In this document: in pieces, positions 8,184 to 18,021 of the stretch
How positions within the stretch are numbered: the stretch's first letter is position 1
How the letters are laid out: the number at the start of each line of letters is the position of its first letter
DNA from: an uncultured Bacilli bacterium
Lineage (GTDB): Bacteria; Bacillota_I; Bacilli_A; RF39; UBA660
Direction: 5' to 3'
DNA: 30,529 nt
NCBI GenBank assembly: GCA_947624535.1
Contig: CANQKU010000001.1
Coordinates: 1-30,529, forward strand
Notes under the pieces: model-generated
Told to the model about the DNA's origin: nothing
Databases searched by the model: none
The model's input: only the letters and a program-made list of their open reading frames with translations
Program-made: the position numbers and the translations under genes

Positions 8184-10469
8184 ATGAAAAAAAGTAAATT
8201 ACAAAATAAGGAGAGAAAAAGTAAAGTTATATTATCAACTATTACTATGTTGATTTTTATAGCAGTAATTTTATTAGGTTTAGTTCCTATATTTAAAGAT
8301 TTAAAATTTGGTCTTGACTTACAAGGAGGATTTGAAGTTTTATACAAAGTAGAAAGTATTGATGGATCTAAAATGACTCAAGAAAAATTAACTGCTACTT
8401 ATAAAACCTTAAGTAAAAGAATAGACTCTTTAGGTGTTAATGAACCTGAAATTATTTTAGAGGGTAATGATAAAATTCGTGTTAAGTTAGCGGGTGTAAC
8501 TAATCCAGATGAAGCTAGAAAACAACTATCTACAGTTGCTACTTTATCATTTAGAGATACTAATGATAATTTATTAATGAACAGTGATGTTTTAAAAGCG
8601 GGTGGAGCTAAAGTAAGTGAAGATAAAGCAGGTAATCCTGCTGTTTCATTATCAGTTAAAAATAAGGATAAGTTTTATCAAGTTACTAATAAAGTATCAA
8701 AAACTACTAATAATACAATTGTAATTTGGCTAGATTATGATAGTGCAGTAGACCATTATTCTACGGAACAATCTTCATGTGGTAGTACTGGCTCAAATTG
8801 TCTTTCAGCAGCTACAGTTGATCAAGGATTTGCCTCTGATGTTATTATTCAAGGTAATTTTACTACTGAAGAAGTTGAAAATTTAGTTGACTTAATTAAT
8901 AGTGGATCACTTCCATCAAAACTTACTGAAATTTCATCAAAGACAGTAGGAGCATCTTTTGGGGATTCGACTTTATCTAAAACTTTAGTCGCAGGAATTA
9001 TTGGTATTTCAGCTATTATCATATTATTACTAATAGTTTATCGTTTTGCGGGATTAATTTCATCTGTTGCCATGCTTTTATATGCCTTCTTAGTCTTCTT
9101 TGTCTTTTGGCTAATAGGTGGGGTTTTAACTTTACCTGGAATTGCTGCTTTAGTCTTAGGAATTGGAATGGCCGTTGACGCTAATGTTATTACATTCTCA
9201 CGTATTAAAGATGAACTATATCAAGGAAAAAGCTTACAACATGCATTTAAAGATGGATCAAAAACTTCATTGCGTGCTATCTTAGATGCCAATTTGACAA
9301 CACTTTTAGTTGCTATTATCATGTTTGAATTTGGAGAAAGTAGTGTCAAAGGTTTTGCTACAATGTTAATAATTACAGTAATTGTTACAATGTTTACCAT
9401 GGTATTTATTACTAGAATTTTATTAAATATCTTTATTAAAACAGGATATTTTGATGATAAATTAAAAGCATTTATTTGTGTAGATAAAAAAGATATTCCA
9501 AACCTATCTAAAAATGAAGCCGTTAAAAAAATACCATTTAAAAATACTAATTTCTTAAAACATACTCGTATTTTTGCAACACTTTCAATATTAATAATTG
9601 TTATAGGAGCAGTAATTGCTCTAACTAAGGGATTTAATTTAGGAATTGACTATAAGTCAGGTAGTGATATAACTATTGAAACAGGAGAAAAAATTACTAA
9701 AAAAGATATTAATAAAGCCATGTCTGAGTTAGACTTAGATTTAAATAGTTATACTATCACTGATGATGAAGTAATAATGAAAGTTGAAAATGTCTTAAAT
9801 GCTAAAAAAGTAGCAACTATTACAGACTATTTTGAAAAAGAATATGAAGATGCTAAAGTTAATATTGGGGTAGTTTCTAATGTTGTTAAAAAAGAACTAA
9901 CTAAAAATGCAATTATTTCAGTATTATTTGCTATGTTAGGAATTATTATCTATATTTCACTAAGATTTAAATTTAGTTATGCAATCTCTTCTGTTATTGC
10001 TTTAATTCACGACGTTTTAATTATATTTGCTTTATTTGCTATATTCCATTTAGAAATATCAGTTATGTTTATAGCAGCAGTCTTAGCAATTATTGGATAT
10101 TCTATTAACGATACCATCGTCTCATTCGATCGTATTAGAGAAAATCTAAGTAAGGAAGATAAATTAGATAAAGAAAAGTTAAAACAAATTTGTAATCAAA
10201 GTATTCGTGAAACATTTATGAGAACAATCTATACTTCTATAACTACTATTTTACCAGTTATTGCTTTAATATTCTTAGGTTCTCATGAAATTTTAACTTT
10301 CAATTTAGCTATGTTATTTGGACTTATTGTTGGTACTTATTCATCAATTTATATTGCAACAACTCTATTTATTGTATTAGAAAGTAAAAACCTAAATAAA
10401 AATAAAAAAAGAAAAGTAGTATATAAAGATGACTATGAAGAAAAGAAAGTAAAAGGGGTTAATTGCTAG
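8184..10469 (+). CDS. secDF: Fused protein translocase subunit SecDF
   Basis: GLDLQGGFEVLY, LGVNEPEI, LTLPGIAALVLGIGMAVDANVITFSRI (SecD); LGIDYKSG, IIGYSINDTIVSFDRIRE (SecF). Confidence 0.96.
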   Translation: MKKSKLQNKERKSKVILSTITMLIFIAVILLGLVPIFKDLKFGLDLQGGFEVLYKVESIDGSKMTQEKLTATYKTLSKRIDSLGVNEPEIILEGNDKIRVKLAGVTNPDEARKQLSTVATLSFRDTNDNLLMNSDVLKAGGAKVSEDKAGNPAVSLSVKNKDKFYQVTNKVSKTTNNTIVIWLDYDSAVDHYSTEQSSCGSTGSNCLSAATVDQGFASDVIIQGNFTTEEVENLVDLINSGSLPSKLTEISSKTVGASFGDSTLSKTLVAGIIGISAIIILLLIVYRFAGLISSVAMLLYAFLVFFVFWLIGGVLTLPGIAALVLGIGMAVDANVITFSRIKDELYQGKSLQHAFKDGSKTSLRAILDANLTTLLVAIIMFEFGESSVKGFATMLIITVIVTMFTMVFITRILLNIFIKTGYFDDKLKAFICVDKKDIPNLSKNEAVKKIPFKNTNFLKHTRIFATLSILIIVIGAVIALTKGFNLGIDYKSGSDITIETGEKITKKDINKAMSELDLDLNSYTITDDEVIMKVENVLNAKKVATITDYFEKEYEDAKVNIGVVSNVVKKELTKNAIISVLFAMLGIIIYISLRFKFSYAISSVIALIHDVLIIFALFAIFHLEISVMFIAAVLAIIGYSINDTIVSFDRIRENLSKEDKLDKEKLKQICNQSIRETFMRTIYTSITTILPVIALIFLGSHEILTFNLAMLFGLIVGTYSSIYIATTLFIVLESKNLNKNKKRKVVYKDDYEEKKVKGVNC

Positions 10470-10484
10470 TAAAGGAATGATATT

Positions 10485-12638
10485 ATGTCAAAGGAAAAAG
10501 AAAATCCAACGCTTGATGATTTATTAATTCGTTTAAAGTCATATCTTCATGAAGAAAAGGATTTAGATTTAATAAAGAAAGCTTATCAGTTTGCCTATGA
10601 TAAGCATCAAGGACAATATCGTAAGAGTGGGGAAGAATATATTATTCATCCCTTAAATGTTGCCCTTATTCTAACTACTATATATGCTGATGCTGAAACA
10701 ATTCAAGCAGCTTTACTTCATGACGTTTTAGAAGATACAGATTGCACCGTTGACGAGATGCAATCTGCTTTTGGTAGTGAGGTTACAAGATTAGTTCAAG
10801 GAGTTACGAAACTTTCTAAAATTCATTTTTCTACAGAAAATGACTATTTAATTGACTATTACAAAAAAATTATTGTAGGTATTAGTGAAGACGTTCGTGT
10901 AATTATCGTAAAACTTGCCGATAGACTTCATAATATGAGAACACTTTGGGCCTTACCACCAGAAAAACAAAAAATTAAAGCTAGAGAGTCCTTAGAAATT
11001 TTAGCTCCTATTGCTCAACATTTAGGTATTCATAAAATTAAAAGTGAACTAGAAGATTTATCATTAAGATATTTAAAACCAGATGTATTTTATGATATTG
11101 CTGAAAAGTTAAATAATACAAAACTAGAACGTGATAAAACTGTTTATGAAATGTTACAGCAAGTCGCAAGTCTTTTAACTGAACATAATATTGTTCATGA
11201 AATTAAAGGCAGAAGTAAAAGTATCTATAGTATTTATAATAAATTAAATAAAGGTAAAAAATTCAGTGATATATATGACTTATTAGCTCTTAGAATTTTA
11301 GTTAAAACAGAACAAGAATGTTATCTTGCTTTAGGAATAATCCATTCTAAATTTAGACCACTTCCTAGAAGATTTAAAGACTATATTGCTATGCCAAAAC
11401 CTAATATGTATCAATCTCTTCATACGACAGTCTTTGGTCTAGATGGATATTTATTTGAAATTCAAATTAGAACTTATGAGATGGATGAAGTAGCAGAAAA
11501 TGGTATCGCAGCTCACTGGGCTTACAAAGAAAATAAAGATGCTAAAGTAAGTATGCAGTCAACTACTGAACAAAAACTACAATTTTTTAAAACTATTATG
11601 GATTTAAATAGTGATAAAATGAGTAATGAAGAATTTGTTCATAGTGTCAAAGACGAAGTATTAAACAATAACATTTATGTATTTACCCCAAAAGGTGACG
11701 TAATTGAACTACCTAAGGGAGCAACCCCAATTGACTTTGCCTATAAAATTCATACCAAAGTAGGAGAAACCACTGTAGGAGCTATTGTCAATAACAATAT
11801 TGTTCCCTTAAACTATGAATTAAAAAATAACGATATCGTAAAAATTAATACAAATAAAAACTCAGCCCCTTCTAAAGAATGGCTTCAAATAGTCAAAGCC
11901 ACTCAAACTAAAAATAAAATTAAAAGTTATTTTTCTAAAAACGAAAGAGAATTATATATTGAACGTGGTAAATATCAAATAGAAAAAGAATTACGTAAAA
12001 GAAAACTATCTTTTGCTACTATATTTGATAGTAAAAATTTAGAAAAAATCTTAAAATCATTAAAACTTAATTCCTTAGAAGATTTATACCTTGCAGTAGG
12101 TAATGGAAAACATTCTGCTAATGCTGTTATTAATATTGTTGATGAGCAACCAATTCAAGCTCCACCTAAAATTACTAAACCTATTTCAAAAGAAAATGAT
12201 GCTGATATCATTGTATCTGGAATAGACAAAGTAAAAGTAAACCTAGCTAATTGTTGTCATCCAATCTTTGGTGATGAAGTAGTTGGCTATATTACTAAAG
12301 GTAATGGTATTAGTGTTCATAGAACAAATTGTCATAATCTAGCTATGTTAGAAAATAGAATGATTTCTATATCTTGGAATGACTTAATTGACCTAGATAA
12401 AAAATATTTTACTATTTTAATGATTTACTCTAATAGCATTGATAATAAAATGGCTGATATTGTCCAAAAAACTTCTATGTTAAATATAAGTATAGATAGT
12501 ATCAAATTAATCCATAAAGAAGATGAAATGGTATATGAATTAGGCGTCTATTTAAAAGGAATTGATCAGTTAAATCGCTTGTTACTAGAATTAAATAAAC
12601 AACCATTTATATACCAAGTAGAAAGATTAATGCAATGA
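10485..12638 (+). CDS. relA: Long RSH bifunctional (p)ppGpp synthetase/hydrolase Rel
   Basis: HD domain (HPLNVA, LLHDVLED, KLADRLHNMRT), synthetase (RFKDY, YQSLHTT, EIQIRT), TGS (TPIDFAY), Cys region (LANCCHP) and ACT-like tail. Confidence 0.97.
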   Translation: MSKEKENPTLDDLLIRLKSYLHEEKDLDLIKKAYQFAYDKHQGQYRKSGEEYIIHPLNVALILTTIYADAETIQAALLHDVLEDTDCTVDEMQSAFGSEVTRLVQGVTKLSKIHFSTENDYLIDYYKKIIVGISEDVRVIIVKLADRLHNMRTLWALPPEKQKIKARESLEILAPIAQHLGIHKIKSELEDLSLRYLKPDVFYDIAEKLNNTKLERDKTVYEMLQQVASLLTEHNIVHEIKGRSKSIYSIYNKLNKGKKFSDIYDLLALRILVKTEQECYLALGIIHSKFRPLPRRFKDYIAMPKPNMYQSLHTTVFGLDGYLFEIQIRTYEMDEVAENGIAAHWAYKENKDAKVSMQSTTEQKLQFFKTIMDLNSDKMSNEEFVHSVKDEVLNNNIYVFTPKGDVIELPKGATPIDFAYKIHTKVGETTVGAIVNNNIVPLNYELKNNDIVKINTNKNSAPSKEWLQIVKATQTKNKIKSYFSKNERELYIERGKYQIEKELRKRKLSFATIFDSKNLEKILKSLKLNSLEDLYLAVGNGKHSANAVINIVDEQPIQAPPKITKPISKENDADIIVSGIDKVKVNLANCCHPIFGDEVVGYITKGNGISVHRTNCHNLAMLENRMISISWNDLIDLDKKYFTILMIYSNSIDNKMADIVQKTSMLNISIDSIKLIHKEDEMVYELGVYLKGIDQLNRLLLELNKQPFIYQVERLMQ

Positions 12639-13069
12639 AAGTAGTTATTCAAAGAGTTAAATCTTCTAGTGTTGAAGTAGATGGTAAAATAGTAGGTCAA
12701 ATTTCAAAAGGCCTTACCTTATTAGTAGGATTTAATGTAGATGATGATAACTCTAAAATAGATAAAATAGTTAAAAAGATTATAAACTTAAGAATTTTTG
12801 ATGATGATAATCATATAATGAATAAATCCATCCTAGATATAGGTGGTAAAATTTTATCTATTTCCCAATTTAGTTTATATGCAGATACTAAAAAAGGATC
12901 AAGACCAAGTTATCATAATGCTATGAAAAAAGATGAAGCTTATAAGTTATATAATGAATTTAATAAATACTTAAGAAATTATGTTGAAGTAGATACTGGT
13001 ATTTTTGGAAGTAATATGTCAGTCAAAATAGAAAATGATGGTCCTGTTACAATTATTCTAGAGGAGTGA
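12635..13069 (+). CDS. dtd: D-aminoacyl-tRNA deacylase
   Basis: MKVVIQRV, SQFSLY, NDGPVTI. ATGA overlap with rel, as in the conserved rel-dtd pair. Confidence 0.96.
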   Translation: MKVVIQRVKSSSVEVDGKIVGQISKGLTLLVGFNVDDDNSKIDKIVKKIINLRIFDDDNHIMNKSILDIGGKILSISQFSLYADTKKGSRPSYHNAMKKDEAYKLYNEFNKYLRNYVEVDTGIFGSNMSVKIENDGPVTIILEE

Positions 13070-14130
13070 TAAAAGTGTTTTCTAATAAACTGAATATCAA
13101 AGCCATTAACCTCTTAGTATTTCTACTTCTTTTTTATTTGACAGTCACTAACTTTGAACTTTGGTGGAATATCTTAGAAAAAATTATAAAAATTACAATT
13201 CCATTCTTATTATCATTTTCTTTCGCCTATGCCCTAAATCCATTTAAACAAATACTTGTATCAAAAGGAATAAATAATAAATTAGCCGTCTTCTTAATAA
13301 TAATTATCATAAGTATAATTTTAACTTCTATTTTAGTAATTACTTTACCAATTCTTTATAATCAATTAAACTTATTTTCAAAATATATAATTTCTTCACT
13401 CCAACACCTAACAAATAAATGGAATCTTAACTTAGGTAATATCTCTATTAAACTTACAGACTTTTTTAATCAACAAATTAAATATATTAGTAATATTCTA
13501 AGTCACAAAACCTTACAAGTAGTTACAAAATCAATTGACTTCATAGAACAATTAATTATAGGATTTATAGCATTTATTTACTTTTTATACAACATAGAAA
13601 ATATCAAAGAAAAAGTAAAAACTAATCTAGAAAAAATATCTAATTTAATTTTTAAATACGTTAAATATATAGATAAAGAAATAGAAAATTATATAAAGGG
13701 TTTAGCTTTAGTTATGTTAGTTCAATTTTTTGAATATTCTATTTTATTTTTAATAATTGGTCATCCTAATTGGCTATTACTTGGTATTTTAGCATCAGTT
13801 ACTAGTATTATTCCATACTTTGGATGTCTTACAACTAGTTTAGTAGGGATGATTATAGCTACTAATATCTCTATTAAACTATTAACTTCTACAACTATTA
13901 TTTGTATACTTTTTCCCATAATCGATAGTTACTTAATATCTCCTAAAATATATGGTAAAACTAATCAAATTAGCCCATTTATAACTATTATAATGATCTC
14001 TATTGGAGGATCCTTATTTGGAATATTAGGAATTATTATGGCTTTACCAATCTATTTATTAATACGTACTACTTATTTATTTTTTTATCCAAATATTAAA
14101 GATAAAATTAAAGAGTTATTACTACATTAA
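13066..14130 (+). CDS. AI-2E (PerM) family membrane transporter
   Basis: ~350 aa polytopic protein with AYALNP, SIIPYFG, ISPKIYGK and ISPF motifs. Confidence 0.82.
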   Translation: MIKVFSNKLNIKAINLLVFLLLFYLTVTNFELWWNILEKIIKITIPFLLSFSFAYALNPFKQILVSKGINNKLAVFLIIIIISIILTSILVITLPILYNQLNLFSKYIISSLQHLTNKWNLNLGNISIKLTDFFNQQIKYISNILSHKTLQVVTKSIDFIEQLIIGFIAFIYFLYNIENIKEKVKTNLEKISNLIFKYVKYIDKEIENYIKGLALVMLVQFFEYSILFLIIGHPNWLLLGILASVTSIIPYFGCLTTSLVGMIIATNISIKLLTSTTIICILFPIIDSYLISPKIYGKTNQISPFITIIMISIGGSLFGILGIIMALPIYLLIRTTYLFFYPNIKDKIKELLLH

Positions 14131-14142
14131 AGAGTTAGTACA

Positions 14143-14171
14143 TTTACAAATTTTTAGGCATAGTTTATAAT
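14143..14171 (+). promoter_or_regulatory. Sigma-A promoter of murC
   Basis: TTTACA (14143-14148), 17 nt, TATAAT (14166-14171). Confidence 0.72.
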
Positions 14172-14193
14172 AGAAAAGAAAGAAGTTGATAAT

Positions 14194-15495
14194 ATGAAAT
14201 ATTATTGTATAGGAATTAAAGGAACAGGAATGTCAACTTTAGCTCAAATTTTAGCTGACTTAGGTAATAGTGTATCTGGATATGATGACTGTAAGGAATA
14301 TAAATTTACCCAAAAAGGATTAGAAGAACGTAATATTAAAATTTATTATGACTCAACACACGATATAGATAAAGATACTATAGTTACTTATTCAGTAGCA
14401 TTTAATAAAGATCATAAAGAAATAAAAAGAGCTAAAGAGTTAGGTTTAAAGGTAAAAAAATATAATGAAATAGTAGGGGAAGTAGTTGACTTATTTGATA
14501 GTATTGGTGTATCTGGTACTCATGGAAAAACTACCACCTCTTCAATAATTAAACATATCTTATCTTCAAGTGTAGGTTGTAACTACTTTGTAGGAGCAGG
14601 AGATGGTAAAGCGTCATTTGATAATAAATATTTTGTTATAGAGTCAGATGAATTTAATAGACATTTTTTAGCATATCATCCAAAATATGCGATTATTACA
14701 AATATTGAAAAAGAACACTTAGAATGCTATAAAGATTTAGATGATATTACTACTACTTTTGAAAAATTTGCTAATCAAGCTAAAGAATTAGTAATAGCAT
14801 GTGGTGATAACTTAGAAGTTAGAAAAATAAATTATAAAACAAAGACTATATTTTATGGATTTAATGATAATAATGACGTTATAATTAAAAATTTAGAATT
14901 ATTAGAAGACGGCTCATCATTTGATATATTTATGAATAACGAGTTATATGGACATTTTACAATTCCCTTATATGGAAAACATATGGTATTAGATACTGTC
15001 GCTGCTATTGTAATGTGTGACTATTTACAAATTTCTAAAAGTATTATTACTAAAGCGTTATTAAACTTTCAAAATGCTAAAAGAAGATTTGCTCAAGAAA
15101 TTATTAAAGATACGATAATTATTGATGACTATGCTCATCATCCAACAGAGATTAAAGCTACTTTAGAAGCAGTAAAACAAAAATATCCTAAGAAGAGTTT
15201 AACAGTAGTCTTTAAGCCTAATACATATTCTAGAACTAAAGATTTTACTTTTGAATTTGCCAACGCCTTAAGTTTAGCTGATCATGTTTTTATAACTCCA
15301 ATTGATTCAAATAGAGAAAAACAAGAAGATTATCCTAATGTTACTTCTAATTTAATTATAGAAAAAATTAAAGATAGTCAATTAATTACTGAAGATGAAA
15401 TTAATAAATTACTTCCATATAAAAATGGAGTAATCTGCTTTATGAGTTGTGCCTCAGTAACTCATTTAATTGAAGAGTTAAAAAAAATTATTTAA
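14194..15495 (+). CDS. murC: UDP-N-acetylmuramate--L-alanine ligase
   Basis: GIKGTGMS, GVSGTHGKTTT, ESDE, TNIEKEHL, DDYAHHPTEI, FKPNTYSRT. Confidence 0.93.
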   Translation: MKYYCIGIKGTGMSTLAQILADLGNSVSGYDDCKEYKFTQKGLEERNIKIYYDSTHDIDKDTIVTYSVAFNKDHKEIKRAKELGLKVKKYNEIVGEVVDLFDSIGVSGTHGKTTTSSIIKHILSSSVGCNYFVGAGDGKASFDNKYFVIESDEFNRHFLAYHPKYAIITNIEKEHLECYKDLDDITTTFEKFANQAKELVIACGDNLEVRKINYKTKTIFYGFNDNNDVIIKNLELLEDGSSFDIFMNNELYGHFTIPLYGKHMVLDTVAAIVMCDYLQISKSIITKALLNFQNAKRRFAQEIIKDTIIIDDYAHHPTEIKATLEAVKQKYPKKSLTVVFKPNTYSRTKDFTFEFANALSLADHVFITPIDSNREKQEDYPNVTSNLIIEKIKDSQLITEDEINKLLPYKNGVICFMSCASVTHLIEELKKII

Positions 15496-15524
15496 AATGG
15501 TAGGTGAAATTCTATCATTTTTTT
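15494..15524 (+). terminator. Terminator after murC
   Basis: AAAATGGTAG / CTATCATTTT stem (one G:U) followed by a T run. Confidence 0.6.
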
Positions 15525-15569
15525 AATTTATATTTAATTTTGTGGCACACTATAATTAGGTGATAATTA

Positions 15570-16361
15570 ATGAAAATTTTAATTACAGGAGCAGCTAGTG
15601 GAATAGGTTTTGACTTAGCTAAAGCTTTAGCTATAAGAGGACACTTAGTTTATATAACAGTCCATACTAAAGAAGAAGTAAAACCTGTCAAAGAAAAAAT
15701 TGAAAAACTAAATCTTCCTATACTATGTTTTAAAATGGATATTAGAAATAAATCAGATAGAGGTCTTATTAATACTTTAAATATTGACTGTTTAGTTAAT
15801 CATGCTGGAATTGGTAATGGTGGATCTCTTTTATATATGGATATAGACGTCTTAAAAGATAACTATGAGACTAATATCTTTGCATCATTTTCACTTCTCC
15901 AAGAATTTTATAGGATAAAAAAACAAAGAAAAGAAAAAGGTAAAATTTTTATTACCTCATCTATTGCTAGTATGTTACCAATTCCATTTATTGGCTGCTA
16001 CACATCATCTAAAGCTGCTATTTCTATGCTTGCTTTTACTCTAAAAGAAGAATTAAAATATTTAAAAGATAAAGATATATCAATCTCTTTAGTTGAACCA
16101 GGAGCTTTTAAAACAGGATTTAACCAAGTAATGATTGATAATAAAGATAAATATTTATCTCATGATAATAAAATCTATCATAATCGTAATAGTATTAATC
16201 ATCTTCAAAGAAATATGTTTGCACTAATTGAAAAAAATAATACTAAGAGTTTAGTAAAAGCACTCGTAAAAGAAATAGAGTCACCTAATCCAAAATTTAA
16301 AATTAGAAGACCAATTATCCAAGGTATTATGACTAAATTATATTTACTACTTTATAGATAA
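15570..16361 (+). CDS. Short-chain dehydrogenase/reductase (SDR)
   Basis: TGAASGIG, NHAGIG, YTSSK (YxxxK), EPGAFKT. Confidence 0.9.
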   Translation: MKILITGAASGIGFDLAKALAIRGHLVYITVHTKEEVKPVKEKIEKLNLPILCFKMDIRNKSDRGLINTLNIDCLVNHAGIGNGGSLLYMDIDVLKDNYETNIFASFSLLQEFYRIKKQRKEKGKIFITSSIASMLPIPFIGCYTSSKAAISMLAFTLKEELKYLKDKDISISLVEPGAFKTGFNQVMIDNKDKYLSHDNKIYHNRNSINHLQRNMFALIEKNNTKSLVKALVKEIESPNPKFKIRRPIIQGIMTKLYLLLYR

Positions 16362-16371
16362 AAAAAGAACA

Positions 16372-16740
16372 TTAATTTGTTCTTCTATGAGATATTTTTT
16401 TAATTAAACTTTTAGTATTTGTCTTAACTTTATCTAATTTATCATTATTATCAATATAAGCAGGTTTCAAGTCAATAGGATTAACATAAATATATGTTAA
16501 CTTATTAGGTATATTAGGTTCTTTAACAGATAAATCAAATAAAATTAAATCATGAATATCTTCTTCATAAGTTACAGGGAACTTAGTATCTAATTGAATT
16601 AACTTATTAAATACATTATAGTAAAATAAAACATTATCTTCTACTACAGTATCAATTTGTTCATAAGATAATTTCCCTTCATTATATTTAATATTTTGTA
16701 TGGTGGCCTTTTTGATTGGACCAGTTGCATATTTTTTCAT
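16372..16740 (-). CDS. Hypothetical protein (122 aa)
   Basis: ORF with GAGGTG RBS and its own promoter on the minus strand. No motif recognised. Confidence 0.75.
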   Translation of the reverse strand: MKKYATGPIKKATIQNIKYNEGKLSYEQIDTVVEDNVLFYYNVFNKLIQLDTKFPVTYEEDIHDLILFDLSVKEPNIPNKLTYIYVNPIDLKPAYIDNNDKLDKVKTNTKSLIKKISHRRTN

Positions 16741-16762
16741 AAATTCACCTCACACCTCTACC

Positions 16763-16791
16763 ATTATATGCTAAAACAAAAAAATGTTCAA
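16763..16791 (-). promoter_or_regulatory. Sigma-A promoter of the 16372..16740 gene
   Basis: Minus strand TTGAAC, 17 nt, TATAAT. Back-to-back with the tRNA promoter. Confidence 0.7.
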
Positions 16792-16816
16792 GAAAAATTA
16801 AAAAGAAAATAAAGTA

Positions 16817-16848
16817 TTGTAAAAAAATATATTTTGTGGTATTATAAT
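16817..16848 (+). promoter_or_regulatory. Promoter of tRNA-Met
   Basis: TTGTAA (16817-16822), 17 nt, TG-G-TATTAT (16840-16845). An overlapping TATAAT lies at 16843-16848. Confidence 0.6.
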
Positions 16849-16858
16849 TATGTTTTAC

Positions 16859-16935
16859 AGCGATGTAGCTCAGCTGGCTAGAGCGTTCGGTTCATACCCG
16901 AAAGGTCGTGGGTTCGAGCCCCTCCATCGCTACCA
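16859..16935 (+). tRNA. tRNA-Met(CAT), elongator type, CCA encoded
   Basis: Acceptor AGCGATG/CATCGCT plus ACCA; anticodon arm TTCGG-TTCATAC-CCGAA; TTCGA T-loop. D and anticodon arms resemble the Bacillus elongator tRNA-Met, not fMet or Ile2. Confidence 0.95.
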
Positions 16936-16946
16936 AATAAAATATT

Positions 16947-16972
16947 AAGAATGCTTAGGCATTCTTTTTTTA
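16947..16972. terminator. Terminator between tRNA-Met and the convergent XRE gene
   Basis: AAGAATGC-TTAG-GCATTCTT followed by a T run. Possibly bidirectional. Confidence 0.75.
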
Positions 16973-17281
16973 ATTATCAAATGGATCTTCAGGTGGATTT
17001 TTAATAGGTTTATCTAAAAAGAATGCATAAAGTGGTGTATTTAAAGCCTTAGCGATATTTCTTAAAAAAACAATTGAAAAAGTTTGATCTACATTTTCAG
17101 CTAAAATATTAGCTATCATACTAGAACTACTATTTGATAATTCAGCTAATTGTTCCATTGTAATTCTTCCATATTCATCTGTAATTTCTGAAGAACATTG
17201 ATTATTAATAAAATAAAACTTAATATTTTTACTGATCTTTTTAAAAATAGTTTTATCATCTTTGGTATATTTTGTTCTCAT
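16970..17281 (-). CDS. XRE/Cro-C1-type helix-turn-helix transcriptional regulator
   Basis: ISKNIKFY...ITMEQLAELSNSSSSMIANI...FSIVFLRNIAKALNTPLYAFF is a typical XRE pattern. GAGGTG RBS. Confidence 0.8.
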   Translation of the reverse strand: MRTKYTKDDKTIFKKISKNIKFYFINNQCSSEITDEYGRITMEQLAELSNSSSSMIANILAENVDQTFSIVFLRNIAKALNTPLYAFFLDKPIKNPPEDPFDN

Positions 17282-17353
17282 TTTTTCACCTCTTTTTTTT
17301 ACTGATAATTATTCTATTAAGTACCACTATAAGAATTATCACCATTTTTGCAA

Positions 17354-17391
17354 ATTTTATCTATTGATAAAATACTGAAAAATAATCAGTA
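17354..17391. promoter_or_regulatory. Two abutting palindromes, candidate operators
   Basis: ATTTTATC-N4-GATAAAAT (17354-17373) and TACTGA-N7-TCAGTA (17373-17391) in the divergent intergenic region. Confidence 0.45.
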
Positions 17392-17515
17392 AATTATAGA
17401 TTTTTTCTAAATTTTATGGTAATATGAATGTCAAGAAAGAAGTACCAGTATTTAGTGGTGGTAAAAAATCTTTCTAAAGGTAATGCCTATTATATTTAGA
17501 GGAGGTGAAAGATTA

Positions 17516-18010
17516 ATGAAAAAGAAGTCTATTTTAGTTTTTTTAGTAGTTTTGACAATACTACTTACAGCGTGTGCTAAATCTAATGAAAGTAAAAAAG
17601 AAGTTAAAAATGATACTAAAAAAGAAGAAGTTAAAGAAGAAAAAAATAATATTACAGGAACTTTTTTTGCCAAGACAGAAGATGGTGTTATTAGTCATGA
17701 AAGATATATTACTTTTAATAGTGATAATACTGTATCATTACAGGTTATAGGTTGTGGAGCAGTTTGGACAAGTACAGGGAAATACACTATCAATAATAAT
17801 GTTTTAGAGATTAAAATTGATGATGATGAAGAAGATATTTTTAAATATGATATAAGTGATGACTTACTAATTGCCAAAGATGATAAATCAAAAACTATAT
17901 GTGGCTTTTGTAATGAAATATTTAACTCTTTCATCAGGGGAAATGAAGATGAGAAAGTAGAAGTTAACTCTCCAGATATAAATCCAAGCCCTGATGATTC
18001 AATGTGGTAA
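17516..18010 (+). CDS. Lipoprotein (164 aa), possibly lipocalin-like beta-barrel
   Basis: GGAGGT RBS then ATG 17516. Signal MKKKSILVFLVVLTILLTAC (lipobox LTAC), K/E-rich linker, beta-rich mature domain. Confidence 0.8.
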   Translation: MKKKSILVFLVVLTILLTACAKSNESKKEVKNDTKKEEVKEEKNNITGTFFAKTEDGVISHERYITFNSDNTVSLQVIGCGAVWTSTGKYTINNNVLEIKIDDDEEDIFKYDISDDLLIAKDDKSKTICGFCNEIFNSFIRGNEDEKVEVNSPDINPSPDDSMW

Positions 18011-18021
18011 GGAAGTGGATA

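Noticed and set aside
16900-16935. tRNA-Met 3' end as attL of an integrated island
   Set aside because: By eye I found no second copy of the tRNA 3' end in the window and no adjacent integrase. An attR beyond the window cannot be excluded.
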